NCBI GenBank assembly: GCA_965153455.1
Contig: OZ234494.1
Location: forward strand, 10,540,001-10,604,000
Source of the DNA: Sphagnum compactum
Lineage: Eukaryota
Length of the DNA stretch: 64,000 nucleotides
Direction of reading: 5' to 3'
Part shown: positions 11,925 to 24,772 of the stretch, in pieces
Position numbering within the stretch: the stretch's first letter is position 1
Layout: each line of letters begins with the position of its first letter
Made by a program: the position numbers and the translations under genes
Notes under the pieces: model-generated
What the model saw: the letters and a program-made list of their open reading frames with translations, nothing else
Told to the model about the DNA's origin: nothing
Database searches by the model: none

Positions 11925-12100
11925 GCAAGAGTTCCGACAACGGAGGGCTGAACTTTGTGGTCCCCAGAGCTGAGAAGAAACACCAAGAGCCTCCTTGCAG
12001 TATTGAGATCTGTCAAAGCCAACCGCAAAGCATCATCGATGAGGGCGCTACTGAGCAGGCGACTGCCACAACTTCAACAGAGGGCGTTGCACAACCTTAA
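11925..12100 (+). pseudogene. 5'-truncated small heat-shock protein remnant (end of the alpha-crystallin domain plus tail), divergent from the intact sHSP
   Basis: The frame from 11936 reads DNGGLNFVVPRAEKKHQEPPCSIEICQSQPQSIIDEGATEQATATTSTEGVAQP* and aligns with DNGVLTVTVPKIEKEHPKRPRTQSIEIG of the intact gene. ARV precedes it across a 2-bp frameshift (compare AKV). No start codon or N-terminal part is visible. Confidence 0.7.
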
Positions 12101-13807
12101 GGGCAACTATGACGAGCAGCGATTTCTTTGTTCAAAAATGAGGTAAGCTAATGGAGTCGCCTTCGACTCTCTTCGTTGCAATGCTTAGAGATCTATCTTT
12201 TAGAAGCAGTGTTCCGCTCTTTACAATTTTTTGAGAGTTTGCTTTGATTCCTCTACTTGGTGAGGAGTCTCGCCATTCTGACCACGTATACATATGTATA
12301 AGAACGTTTCTATAGCCTTCTTTTGTACAGAGAGATAACTTGCTGCAATGTTGTATGCAGTACTTGGGTTTATGAGAAACTTAACAAATTAAAACAGACC
12401 TTGTTCAGCGTTTGCAATTGCGAAGAATGCTCCCCTAATGTGCACATATTGAGGGTAACAGTGGAGCACCTACCTGCAATTTTCCAGACCCAAGTAGGTA
12501 TCTCAATCCAAACCCTCTTGCTCTTTCCAAAACCCTACACCCAGTAGACAGCTTGGGTTCTGCTTTTAGGAGCAGTTTCCAAGACCTCAATGCTTTCTCT
12601 CTCAGTACTGAGTTGCAAGACTAATGGAAGTTTTTGGGGATTCACAGTATCCATTGCAGCACTACCCTCTTTCAACATCCTGACCACAATCCTAAGAAGA
12701 ATCTGGTGTCTCCTGTGAAGAATCTGTGACTCCTTAAAAACACTTTATAAACCTCCCTTTCATCTCATCTCATCTCGAGAGCAAAAATGAAATGATCTTT
12801 TTCCAGAGGAAAAAATGTGCACCGAGCTTTTGATCAACCCAACAACTGCTCAATTTAACCATTAATAACCACCACCATATCAAAACCACTGCAAAATCTG
12901 GTCTTCGTAGAGAATGTCCATATCCTACATAGCTTCTTCAAGAAAATAGTAGCCAACCATGGGGACAAACCACAACAAAATATGCTCTCCATAGGCAAAT
13001 TGTGTTCACATCCTCTAAACTTCCTTCTTCAGAAGAATTGTTTTGCCCCTGGTTTCACTGCATCTCTTTGGGAAGCTAGAAACAGGCCATTATTGGCACA
13101 AAGCTCCTTCTGCGAGTCTTCACTGGCTACTACCTGTTTACCACATGTGATAATTCCTTACTATACCTGCTTCCTTTGAAATACACTATATAAGCAAAAA
13201 CATCAAAAAGTACTTTATGATGTCTCTCCATCAATATAGCCTCCAGTCAAAGCTTCCATTTTGTCCATTTCAATTCACATTGCAGATGTGAAGAAGGATA
13301 GCCATTGTGGAAACATATTCTATGAAGTCCTTCTGTCTGCAATCCAAGCTCACCCATGTTCAATGTCTTGACAATCTATATTGATGAGGCAGAACAAATA
13401 CAGGGAACTTCAGAGTTATTTTTCTTCCAATTCAGCCAAAAGCTACAACATTGATTGTTGCCATTAGAGCTCATTTGCAAAAATTGAGAGAAACTCAACA
13501 CAGAGAAATCAAGGCAAGAATGCACTGAACTCTTGAGTGAATCCTAAGACAGATCAAATTAGTGAATTAGGAAAGACTGAGCTCTTGGTCCTCTACTGAA
13601 TGGGTCCTAGCACCTTAAGCTTTAGACAGTTGCTTCAAAAACAAAATGCAGTTCCTTTAAGCTTTGCACTGTTCCTTGTACAAAGTGAAGTCCTCAAGGG
13701 TCTTGCATTTGCACTGGGTCCTCAAGTAGGGGTTTGCATCGTGACATGGTGGGCAAAGGAAGTAAGAGCACACCTATGTTGCAGAAGTACTGCAAACCCA
13801 TGACTAA

Positions 13808-14818
13808 TCAGTCGTCCTTGACATCAGTTACTCCCTCCAGAGTAATCTGAAAACGTGCTTCCTGCTCTGCCAGGCATGGGGACGAGATCACCTTGCATAC
13901 TCGTTCTTCACCTCGCCCCTTCCTCAAGGACAGTCTTGTTGTGGAAGCATGAGCCATGATGTTGCCACCTATGGGCTTGACCTGCGGACCAGAGAACATC
14001 GCCGCTCCTGAGTCCACTTGGGCCACTACCTGGTTGGTCAAAACCACCGCCACTCCGAACTCATCTGCAATCTTTTGCAGTCCTCTTAAGAACCTCCCTA
14101 GATGCATCTGCCGGGCAGCAAGCTCACCACGGCCAAAGAAATCTGTCCTGTACAGGGCTGTGGCGCTGTCTACAACCATCACAGCAAACCTAGTGTCGGC
14201 CATCATAGACGCGGCCTCCAGAAGCAGCTTGGATTGATGGTCAGTGTTGTGAGCACGGGCATATGCCACATTGTCCAGAACTTCACTGCCATTCATACCA
14301 AACCTCTCCGCAATTTGCAGTAATCTCTGTGGTCTGAACGTACCCTCCGCATCGATGTAGAGAGCTTTCCCTTCGCCTCCCCCCCGATCTAGCGGCAATT
14401 GAGCAGTGACACACAAGGTGTGACAAAGCTGGCTCTTCCCGGTCCGAAACTCCCCATAAATCTCAGTAATGGACCCAGTTTCAATCCCACCTTCCAAAAT
14501 CTTGTCGAGCTCCTTGGAACCCGTGGTAATCTGGATAAGCTCCGCCCGCTGCTCGTGCAGCTGGCGCGCGCTGGTAAAACCCATCGGCACCAACTTGCAA
14601 GCAGACTCGGTGATCTTGTCGACCTTTGCATCGCTGAGACCTCGGATCGCTACCAAATCCTTCTTGGATGCATATGCTACCGCCTCCACAGTACAGTATC
14701 CAGCATCCTTCAGCTTCTTCACGTCCGCCGCCGCTATTCCACATCCTTGCAACTGCTCCACCAAAGATGGTCCATACGCCTGCTCCGCCTCCCGCACCTC
14801 CACCTGATCCTCTTCCAT
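13808..14818 (-). CDS. RAD51: DNA repair recombinase RAD51, intronless, 336 aa
   Basis: One uninterrupted ORF from ATG 14818: N-terminal HhH region ([14 protein letters not shown]), FTSA oligomerisation motif, Walker [10 protein letters not shown], Walker [42 protein letters not shown]. Confidence 0.97.
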   Translation of the reverse strand: MEEDQVEVREAEQAYGPSLVEQLQGCGIAAADVKKLKDAGYCTVEAVAYASKKDLVAIRGLSDAKVDKITESACKLVPMGFTSARQLHEQRAELIQITTGSKELDKILEGGIETGSITEIYGEFRTGKSQLCHTLCVTAQLPLDRGGGEGKALYIDAEGTFRPQRLLQIAERFGMNGSEVLDNVAYARAHNTDHQSKLLLEAASMMADTRFAVMVVDSATALYRTDFFGRGELAARQMHLGRFLRGLQKIADEFGVAVVLTNQVVAQVDSGAAMFSGPQVKPIGGNIMAHASTTRLSLRKGRGEERVCKVISSPCLAEQEARFQITLEGVTDVKDD

Positions 14819-15099
14819 AATTTCTCTCCCCCCCACGACGATAGCGATCTACAATTCTCCACAAAATTTTCAACGCGAAAACGCTGTGAGAGAATCAAAC
14901 TCGCAAATGCTGTGCAAGAATTATCGCAAGCAAATATTGTGCGAGAATCGAGCGCACTAATGCTGTGCTTCTCGCTCCAATGCAGCGGAAAGCGCAACCC
15001 CAGCACAACGTACCAAAGTTTTTAGGTCAGGGACTCGGGAAGATTGACGAAGAAGAAAGTGACTCGGTAAGAATCTCAGACTTGCAAATTGGGGGCAAA

Positions 15100-15118
15100 A
15101 TTGGCGCCAACATTTGAA
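15100..15118 (+). promoter_or_regulatory. E2F-like site next to a CHR-like element upstream of RAD51
   Basis: ATTGGCGC matches the plant E2F consensus WTTSSCSS and lies within the palindrome TTGGCGCCAA; TTTGAA follows at 15113-15118; about 280 bp upstream of the RAD51 ATG. Confidence 0.35.
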
Positions 15119-15414
15119 ATTCCGCAATGGAGGAGTGCGCGGACTAACTAGTAAGTAGTAAGTTCCTAACCTAAGTTGTGCTTTGGCTTTCTTTCTTTGG
15201 TTCTTTTTTTCTTTTTTTTTTGGTTTTTTTTTTGCCTTGTGATTAGGTGAGTAGCCAGCTTTCTTTTTTAGCATTTATTGAATTTTTGTTTGAACACTTA
15301 TCTCCATAGGGATACCTACCTTAGTTCACCTACCTACTGAATCAATAGGTACGTACTTACCTACCATCTACTTACCTATTTTCTAAAATGAAAGCACCGC
15401 TACAAACCCTAGAC

Positions 15415-15575
15415 ACATCCCATAGAACTTGGACCACAATAAAAGATGCATAAGTCTTGGATGAAAACATCCCATAGAACTTGGACCACAATTAAAAGAT
15501 GCATAAGTCTTGGATGAAAACATCCCATAGAACTTGGACCACAATAAAGGATGCATAAGTCTTGGATGAAAACAC
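15415..15575. repeat. Tandem repeat, 3 x 52-53 bp
   Basis: ACATCCCATAGAACTTGGACCACAATAAAAGATGCATAAGTCTTGGATGAAA, with units starting at 15415, 15467 and 15520. Confidence 0.9.
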
Positions 15576-18500
15576 CCGTGGACTAATATACAACAATGTA
15601 CTAACCTCAACTATACACACACACACCTTCCCCCCTAACCTCTTTTAGCTATTGTTAAGTTTTTTGAGTCACCTCATCCTTCTTATCCCACCACTCCACT
15701 TTCGCTTTGCTCATTATTGTCAATTGTCTATACATTGAACTCCAAGTTAAGTTGTTTTTGCTCATAAATCATTAAGAAAGTGTGACCGAAAACTTTAGAG
15801 AAGCAACTGAAGACAAAGGGATTCACATTGTGGAATTTAAATGATCAAGGGAAAAAAGAAAGTTTAAAAACTACAACCAAAACCAACAAACAAGTGACAA
15901 AATAGACAAAGGAGATTTAAATTGTGTAAGCTATAACTCACACAAGAGACCGAAAACAAAGGGAATTCAAATGGAAGATGTTTTTTTTGGTAACCTTTAA
16001 TACTTTAAGTTTGGAGATGCTTGTTGTGTGACATTCTTCACAAAGTTCCAAACTTTCCATATTTGTTCATAATGGATTGTTTCATATGATTTTCATTTCT
16101 TTCACTTGGAAAATGGACTTCAATTTGTTGTCATTACATTAGTGTTTTTTTATTGACAATTTATCATTGAATGGTGACCTCCTACATGGCCTTACAAATG
16201 GGTAGCTTAAGCAACATTTAGTAATTTATGTATAGGAAATGGGTCTATCAATAGACCTTTCTCTTACGTAAAGTGCCTATGTGATAATGACATTGTAGAG
16301 GGACAACGTTGCAATGACAAGGACAATGAAGAGGGATAGGATAGTGGGTAATTTCCACCTAGTGAAAGTTATTCTAACAAATTAGAGAGTATTTTTCGGA
16401 TTGTGTAAGTTATTATTTACCATTTGCAACTAATTTTTGTAATTAAAAAATGTCATTTACAACTATTGGGAGAAATATTCTAACCATCTCCCATGGTCCC
16501 AACCATCAATTAGAAAAACAATCACCCCTTTTCACATTTTTTGCAATTTGCCCTCCCCAAAAGCCTTATTTATATTATTCATTATCACTCTCCTTTTCAA
16601 TTCTTGTCTCGTCGACCTAACTTTTGCACCTACATCAATATAATTGAATTATGAATTTTTTTGAGTTAGTGTGGGAAATATCTACATTTCAAGCCTCAAG
16701 GATTCATGAGACCAAAAATGATGGTTGTGGCAAACTTGGTTGGCATCACAATTTCATCATCTACAAGGATTTACAATGTCCAATCTAAACCTAATCAATC
16801 ATAATTCTTACATTGCAACCATAATGGAGCCTTCGGGAGGTTATTTTTTGTATATTTTATGAAACACATTAAATGAAGGGGTAGTTTTTTGGTAAGTTAT
16901 GAAATAATTGAATATTAAAGGAAATTTTTATTGACATTAAAAATATTTTAGGTATATATTCGATATATTGTAAATATATTTTCATGATCCAATTTTTGGC
17001 ACTTTATTTACATTGAAATGAACTATAATTTATTTAATTTTCCATCAAGTTGCATCTTATATCTTTTTACATGTCATTTGGAAAAAAATGGAAATAATCT
17101 CCTTTGGAATGGAGTTCAACAAGAACTTTGATATTTAATGTTATGTAAGTTTCCCATTTCCAAGGTCTACCATTGTGCAAGTTGTAAGTGGTTTCTTAGG
17201 GTTTGCAATTTTGTCAATTCAAATGTTACAACCCACATTCAATTGAAGGTGTGTCAAATCAAAGGTCTTGCATTCGTATTTGTTCAATGACCTTTGCAAG
17301 TTGTAGCTTATGCATATGGTCATCTTGCTTGTGCTTGTGATCATGTTTGTTGTCTACATGTTCATAGTCTCTTTATCGTGTTGTATTTCTACCATGTTGC
17401 ACCACTCATCCCACCTTCCCATTTCAAGTGGAAGTTGATTTTTGGGTCACCCACTCCCTTTCATGTTGCCACATCTAATACCAAATCTACCAATGCACAA
17501 ATTGCCAAAGACACATTTCCCATTCATCAACTTGAGCCTTTTTAACAAGAGAAATCCATAAAGACAAAGGTCTATGAAGTTAATAGGACATTTCATAGGG
17601 GGCCAACTTGGGCACTTTCATGACATGTGTGTAAAGTATACACCTTCAAAATGTGTTGAATTTAATTTTGGGTTTCACTTTTTTTGTTTGGGTGTTATAA
17701 TTTTTTTCACAAAGCTAATATTATCTATATCATATGTAATAAATAAATATTTAAAAAAAATTGAATTCAAGGAATAATGGTTTGTTTATGGCATGTGCAA
17801 TATTTTAAAACTTGTTTCATGTTTTAAATTGCATTAGATTTTGATTTGAGTTAGTCAACCAATAAATGTTTGAAATATAATTTAAAAAGATGGTCCACCC
17901 AAGATTTAAAATGATTGTTTGTCAAAATTTTAATTTATCACATACTTATGGTTATCTCCATGAAAAAACCCATTTGATATGATAATTATCAAAAAACTTT
18001 CATAGCTCAAAAACTTATTATAATCACATGGAATCACAATGTTTAATAGATACTACAAATTTCATAAAGATTACAAATCATTTCGATCATTTTTTGAATA
18101 CATTTGCATTTCTTAGTATAATATGACATGCATTGTTTTGCGCAAATTACTCTAATATCACGTCATGTACAAATAAAAAGGTGTAATATCTTTGGCATTT
18201 GATTTTTCTAAATTTTGACCTATCATAATAATGCAAAAACATTGTGAATATCTTTCATAATAATGACATGGTTGAAGTTCAATCATGGACCCCTAAAACA
18301 CAGTACAATGCGACAACAATCTTGCCCCCCCCCCCCCCCCCCCCACCCTAATGTGCTTTCAGCCTAGAGTGATCTATTTAGGTGGGAGATGGATTTGATC
18401 TTGTATGACATTGTGACATGTAGAATGAAAAAGATTGTAGGTGTTATAAAGTTCATATTGACTAATTTTCATTAATAACGTGTTTATTATTAATATTAAT

Positions 18501-18599
18501 AGTTGGATCGAAATCCATGTATATGTGCTTGAGAAGTGGAAACAATTAACCCATTTGCTCACACTTGAAAATATAACAACAAATTTTATTGTACCAAAT

Positions 18600-20320
18600 A
18601 TAACCTAAATATTGTTGTGTGCCCTCTTGAATTTTGACTTAATATGAATGAACAAGTAGTGGGCTATAAGTTAATGTCATTCAAAACTAATTAAAAGTCT
18701 ATGTTGACTAGAGTACACAATGGAATCACCACTCATATCAAACATGGCTCCTTTTTCTATGCTTTTACATTGTGTTGCACATAGGATTGACTTGGTTATG
18801 AAAATTTTATGCACCTTGTCACTAGTTGACAACATATAAAAGTTGGGTTAAATGTCCTCATATTTTTCTTAATTTAACAAGAGAGTTGTTGAACTCGAAA
18901 GGCACATTGTTTTTTGGATGTGAAAGCATTTGGAATCCTTTAAAACATGAAAAAAAAATTCAATTTTCAATGTTTTTTCCTATTAAAAAGGTGTAAATGT
19001 GGGCAAATCAATTTGCACATGTGATGTAACCACGGCCAATAACATTGTGTGTCACAAGCATGAAAGCTACAAAGACAATTAGATTTGTACATGAAAACTA
19101 TCATGGAATTTTTTTCAAACTAGGTTCCTAAAGGGGTATAAATAAAAACAAGACCCCCCAGTATCATTACGATAGACTTATAATTTAAGAGGTTCTCAAA
19201 AAGGTTTCATTGACTTATAGTTTAGAAAGATTTTCAAGTAAATTTCATGACACTAGGTTGTTCAATGCTTAAATTTGCATAGTTTCCCTTGCTTGATGCC
19301 TTTAGTTGAATCACTACATGGTGTGATTAAGATGGGTTAAGTTCGAAACATCTACATTGCGAATTTTATTGATCGTATGAAGATGGTTCAAATTGATATA
19401 TGGAGATATTACAATGTAATCAAAATCACATTAAAAGTAGTTGTGTTTATTGTTTTCAACAACATGATCAATTTCTAGAAAGTAACCTTGTCACTAGTGT
19501 GAGTTGTGAATATTGGTTTCCTTAACCTAACTTTGTGTCATGCATGCACTTTGATTGGGCTTTGAATTTGCATGGTTACATGTTGAAAATTAGCAAACAA
19601 GGCAAATAGATCTAATTTCTCCAACCATGTGGGAACAAAATTTGAAAAATGTGGACATAATGTTTTGAAACAATATTTCATCTTTCTTGTGAACTACAAC
19701 AATAGTTCTTGGACATGGAATTCATGACAACTATGGGCATTATCTACTGCCACTAGTATGTGAAACTTGATGATAAAATAAACTTTAATCATCATGTAGC
19801 CACTTTGAAGGATCATTTTGCAACACCAAAAAATGTTGGGCCCCACACTTGAAAAAAGGTGTAACAATTTGCCTATATGCCATGCCTTGGAGAATAGAGC
19901 ACATTTGCTCATTCAAACCATGAAAACTAAGTTTGCATGCACCATGAAGGTGGATTTAAGAAGGATTATAATGAGCCTTCTATTGACTGTGGTTTAGGCT
20001 AGGACTTAACCAAATTTTGAGCTTGGAGATGCTTAAATGATTTAGCTTGTTGAAATTTGTATGGTGCACATTTTATGATTTATTAGAAGACAAATGATAT
20101 TTTAACACACTTGTTTTTATGAAAAGTAAGTTGCACATTGATGAAACACATGCTTAGATATTAGAAAACAAATGATATTTTAACACACTTGTTTTTATGA
20201 TAAGTAAGTTGCACATTGATTAAACACATGCTTAGATATTAGAAGACAAATGATATTTTAACACACTTGTTTTTATGAGAAGTAAGTTGCACATTGATTA
20301 AACACATGCTTAGATATGTG
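18600..20320 (+). mobile_element. Decayed hAT-superfamily transposase relic (copy 1)
   Basis: HCVAHRIDL at 18768-18794 matches the hAT CxxH motif. The 3' end reads like ...LVFMKSKLH..., resembling the hAT C-terminal dimerisation region. Many stops and frameshifts; boundaries approximate. Confidence 0.6.
20081..20314. repeat. Tandem triplication, 3 x 78 bp, inside the hAT relic
   Basis: Near-identical units start at 20081, 20159 and 20237 (TATTAGAAGACAAATGATATTTTAACACACTTG...CACATGCTTAGA). Confidence 0.9.
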
Positions 20321-20719
20321 TGTGTTAGAAACAAGGTAAACTTTCTTCATTTTTCATGTGTTCTTTTTTTTGCATTCTTTTGAGTCTTTGAGTTCATTGT
20401 TGAAGCTTTTTCAATTATTGGGACTTGACATCTATTGGTTTTTGTTTTCTTGGCATTGAAATGTGTTTTTGTTCCTTGCTTGGTCTTAGTGCATTCTCGT
20501 GTGTTTTTGTTTTTTGCTCTGCTTCATTGCATTGTTGTGTGTTTATGTTCCTTGTTTGGCCTTCAACCTTCATGTCTAAGTTGCCATGGAAGTTGTAGCC
20601 CCCTAAAAATTTCATGTATAAATACTTGTTTGGTGACAAAATCCCAAAAAAGGATGGTGCTTTTGGTAGCCAGCCATTATGCAAATCATGATAATGTTAT
20701 TATTTATGTTATTTTTGCT

Positions 20720-22510
20720 ATGGAATCTGTTGTGGAACTTCATTGTGAGCTTGTGGACCTAGTTTTGGCACAAGAAAATATTACATCGACCAAGAAATGA
20801 AAAAAGGCCCATGGATTGAACATGCATTTATGATACTTGGGCAATCAAGCTTTCTCGGGCATAATATGTTCTAGGTTCCAATGGCAAAGTTGCTCAAGTT
20901 CGGTGCAAAATATGTAACCTAATTGAAGGCATAAACAAATTTTTGGTCCACAAGCTTGATTCATTTTGGAAACATGCAAGTCGTCATAAAGCTTTGGTAG
21001 CTATGTTGGGGGTAAAGGCGAAGCAACATTATTTATTAACGTCCAATGCCCATATTGTTAATTAGAAGTTTTATGTTGCAAAGGGTCCAGAAACAATGTT
21101 GTAGCAAATCATTCAAGGTGTAGCTCAATTTCTTGACAAGAAGAAGATTGTGCAGTTTGCCCTAATATTTCACTTACTTAGTCATGGTTACCCCATGATA
21201 AAATACATAAGAATGTAGAATTTATTTGTGCAGTTGAATGTTTGTGACAATCCCATGAAACATTGGTCTGATGGGTCTAGGCGGGAGATGGTAGATTGCA
21301 TGTGTGAACATGTTTTGAAAAAAATTCAAACTATTATTGTTGGGGCAACTTTTCTTTCTTTGAATGCAAATGAAGTTACTATTGTTGATAATCAATATTG
21401 GCTTTTAGTGCATGTGTAAGTGATGCATGCATGGAAAATAATGTTGTTGAGGGAGGAAAATAATGTTGTTGGTGCAAATAATTTTACTATTATGATTATT
21501 CAATCCTTCATGCAGTAAGGGGGTTTGATTCAAGAAGAGATAACCAAAAGGCTAATTTGTTTTGGTGTTTATGGGGCCTCCTTTTTCCAACGCTATCACA
21601 CTGGAGTGACATTTCAATTGAAGGAGAAATATGTTCCTTACATGATGGGACAACATTGCATGGTTGATAGGACGAATTTTGTTGTTCAAACCTTGTGGCA
21701 ATTGACATGTTCATCAATAAGTTGGATCAATCCGTTCTTTGATTTTGAGTTGATGAATGCCCTTGGCATTATGTATCCACAATTTTGGATACAACCTAAT
21801 GCTGATTTTTCTATCTTTTTGCATCTGGCTATCATAAAAAAATTTATTTTGAAGCAAAGAGGATGAAACCTTCATTGTTGTAGGTTGTAGAACCTTTGAA
21901 CATTAACCCCTTGGATTTACAAATGTGGATGTTTAAGCTCACCAATGCATTGCTCACTTAGCTGTTGAATGAATATTTAAAGTTGGTTGAGATTACAATG
22001 GTGTTAGTGTTGGATCTATAGAAGATGAATGGACTTTTTTCATGTTTGCATTCATGAAGGATAAATTGTGCAATAGGTTGAATTTGCATTTGAACACAAC
22101 TATTCGCATGTTTGCACAAAAGTTTTATACTCAAAATAATTTCCCTTATCACAAGGTTATACAACTTGGAAGGATTAAAAACTTTGGATTGATGCTACAA
22201 CTTAGCAAATTTTGTTATTTTGACAACACATGATTCAAATGATGTTGTTTCCACAATTTGGAGAAGTTTGGTGATTGTACTTGGTTTCTTTAAGGTTATG
22301 AGGTTTATTAACATTTGGGTGTGGTGGGTGGGACTTTGAGTTGCATTGGGCAAAGTTTGATATCAAATTGAGGTTCAACTCCCCCTTCAAAGCGTGTTTG
22401 TATTTAGTTTTTAGGTTTGAAGTTTTACAACAATGTAACATTCTTTCTTTGTTTTTCATTATTTTTCAACAAGGGAGCCACATTCTGCGCTGGTTTTTTT
22501 GGTGGGTGCC
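20720..22510 (+). mobile_element. Decayed hAT-superfamily transposase relic (copy 2)
   Basis: Broken frames give VRCKICNLIEGINKFLVHKLDSFWKHA (Zn-finger-like), FLSLNANEVTIVDNQYWL, GVTFQLKEKYVPYMMGQHCMVDRTN (CxxH-like), LMNALGIMYPQFW and FMKDKLCNRLNLHLNTTIRMFAQKFYT (dimerisation domain). Boundaries approximate. Confidence 0.7.
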
Positions 22511-24772
22511 AAATAGACTTACTTAAAAAAAGTTATGGTTTCCTTTCTATTGGGATGTAGCCAAGTGAGGATTTTCTTGATTTACATATATAATCAAACA
22601 TGTAAAGGTAAATGAGTTGTTGGCTTAGTCATTAGTTGCAAAAAATTTGTGTAGGGTAAGGATTGAACATGAAGTTGTTCTAGGAATGAAGGCCCAACAT
22701 CGGGTGGAGCTGAGCACAAGACCCAAATTCCTAGAATAGCCCAACTCAATGTCCTTACTTAGCATGAAAATTTAATAGAATTTTAAACCGTCATGATTCA
22801 TTTGAGAACAAGAGGAGGCACCTTACACACAAGGTTTCCTATTGTTCCAAGAATGTTTCAACACTAGTTTATCCTATTTGTCTTGGAATGTATTTGGAGC
22901 TTCAAAATGGTAAGAGTAGGGTTTTTTTTTGAGTTTTGTGATGTTCATGGGTTGGTGATCCTTCACAAAAAGTCTTAGCCAAATTTGGTTACATGTTAGA
23001 GACAACATTAGAAAAAATTGAATTCCTATAATTAGTTAGAAACATGCAAAAACTTGTTATCTAAATATGGCAATTCAGCTATTTTTTCCTTTAAATATGG
23101 TGAATTTGTTGGATTGGCACTGCCATTTTCTTTTCATCAAGTGGTGACATTCACTCAAAACAAAATTGTTGGGGGAAAAACCTTAAATTTTAATCAATTG
23201 AAACAAATGAATAAATCTTTTATGTGCTTCTTAAGAAAAATTAGTGTTTTGTAAATAAAGTTTAGAAATGCAATGTCAAACCATGAGTTCCTCTACTTAT
23301 CATCACATTTTTTTAGCTTTACATCAAAGAACCATTCTCAAACAAACCATACTCCAATAAATATCCAAAATGGACCAAGAAAGAAGAGAAATGTAAATGC
23401 TTGAATTATTCATATTTGCTATTTATGTAATGTTTTGAGTTCAAAGCAAAACTGAATTTCTCTCAACAAAGTACATATATAGAAAAGCACTCTAGTAAAC
23501 ATCCATAAACAGACCAAGAAAGGAAGAGGAATACAAATGCTTGAATTGCTCAAACTTGCTACTTTAATTCTGAATGTTTTGAGTTCAAAACAAATCTTAA
23601 TTTATAATAAAGAAGTTATTGTGATTTTATTTTGGAGGAACTTTCTGCCTGAGGTACATCCTCTATCGGAGTATAAATTTTACTTCTAGTAAAACACCCT
23701 CCAAATTCTACCGTTTCTTTACATCACTTGCTAAGCACGACCAAAGATTTCTTTAGTGGATTTTGGAAGAACCCATCCCCAAGGTTTCCACAGTAGAAGG
23801 GTACATATCTTATGTTTTTAAGGAAGAAACATTTTGTTTTGAAATGTTCATCCATACAAAACACACATTTCTAGCAGTGCCTTCCATTGGGTAAGGCCCT
23901 GGTGCGCAAGCGGCAACCAAAATTGTGTCCCTCCTGGCCGCCACCTCAGGTGGTCCCTCTATTCAGGTTATGCCCTTTGCCCCTGGACCTTACCTTACAC
24001 TAATGTTGCCGCTCTGTTCTAAGCCTAGACTGCACTTCAACAGCACCTGCATCTTCTACCACATAAATGCTTATGCACCAATGTTGGTGAGTTCTCAAAG
24101 ATATATAACAGCAGTTCTCAAAACATCAAATAACTGGTCCTGATATAAGACCTTGAATCTCAAGGAGAATATCTGAGAATCAGTTTTGATATAACAAAAC
24201 AATTCTCCAAATAACTAAAAACCAGTTTGAATAACCTTCTACAAAACTAAAACCAGAATCAAAGGTCCTTTGATGCTGGAAAGTTTCAAAAAACCAGAAC
24301 CAGAGGTTCAGCTTCTTTGAAGCTGAAACTTTAGGGTCCTGTTGGCTATTGCGCCTAACAATGGCTCTTCAAATAAGAAAGAACGTTTCATGCAGATCTT
24401 CACAATTCTGAGAGAAACTAATTAATCTTCTGAAGATCAAATACTACGAAGATACCTTCAACAGCCAATAGACTGTCTACAACACCAGGTTAGAAAGTAG
24501 CATTCTAGTAACAGGCTCCTGCAAAACTGGTTTGATAAATGAGTACCACATATAACGAGTGCAACATATAGGTTATGGTACACAAAAAATTGGTTACTGG
24601 ATCAAGAATGGTCCCTCACATGTGAATGGGCAAGGGAGTTGGTGATAAGTATACAAGGGTGTTGATCCTTGGGACCTGAGCAAGCACATTAAATGGTTAT
24701 GCAAAGTTTGCCAAGCCCTGGTATTCACCTCAACACCAAGTGTAATCTACTCTACACACCAGGAAAAAATCT

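Noticed and set aside
12380..13560. Possible gene downstream of RAD51 (splice-like signals on the minus strand)
   Set aside because: No sustained reading frame or recognisable motif; may be UTR or non-coding.
14819..14836. ORF-track N-terminal extension of RAD51 (MGGREI)
   Set aside because: It begins at GTG; the first ATG is at 14818.
14399..15025. 208-aa plus-strand ORF overlapping RAD51
   Set aside because: Antisense shadow of a GC-rich CDS; non-ATG start and no domain.
14820..15150. SOG1 motif CTT(N7)AAG in the RAD51 promoter
   Set aside because: I checked the CTT positions by eye and found no match.
15415..15575. Regular repeats that might suggest a CRISPR array (also 20081-20314 and 63478-63552)
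   Set aside because: Head-to-tail units with no unique spacers, a eukaryotic intron-rich context, and no cas genes.
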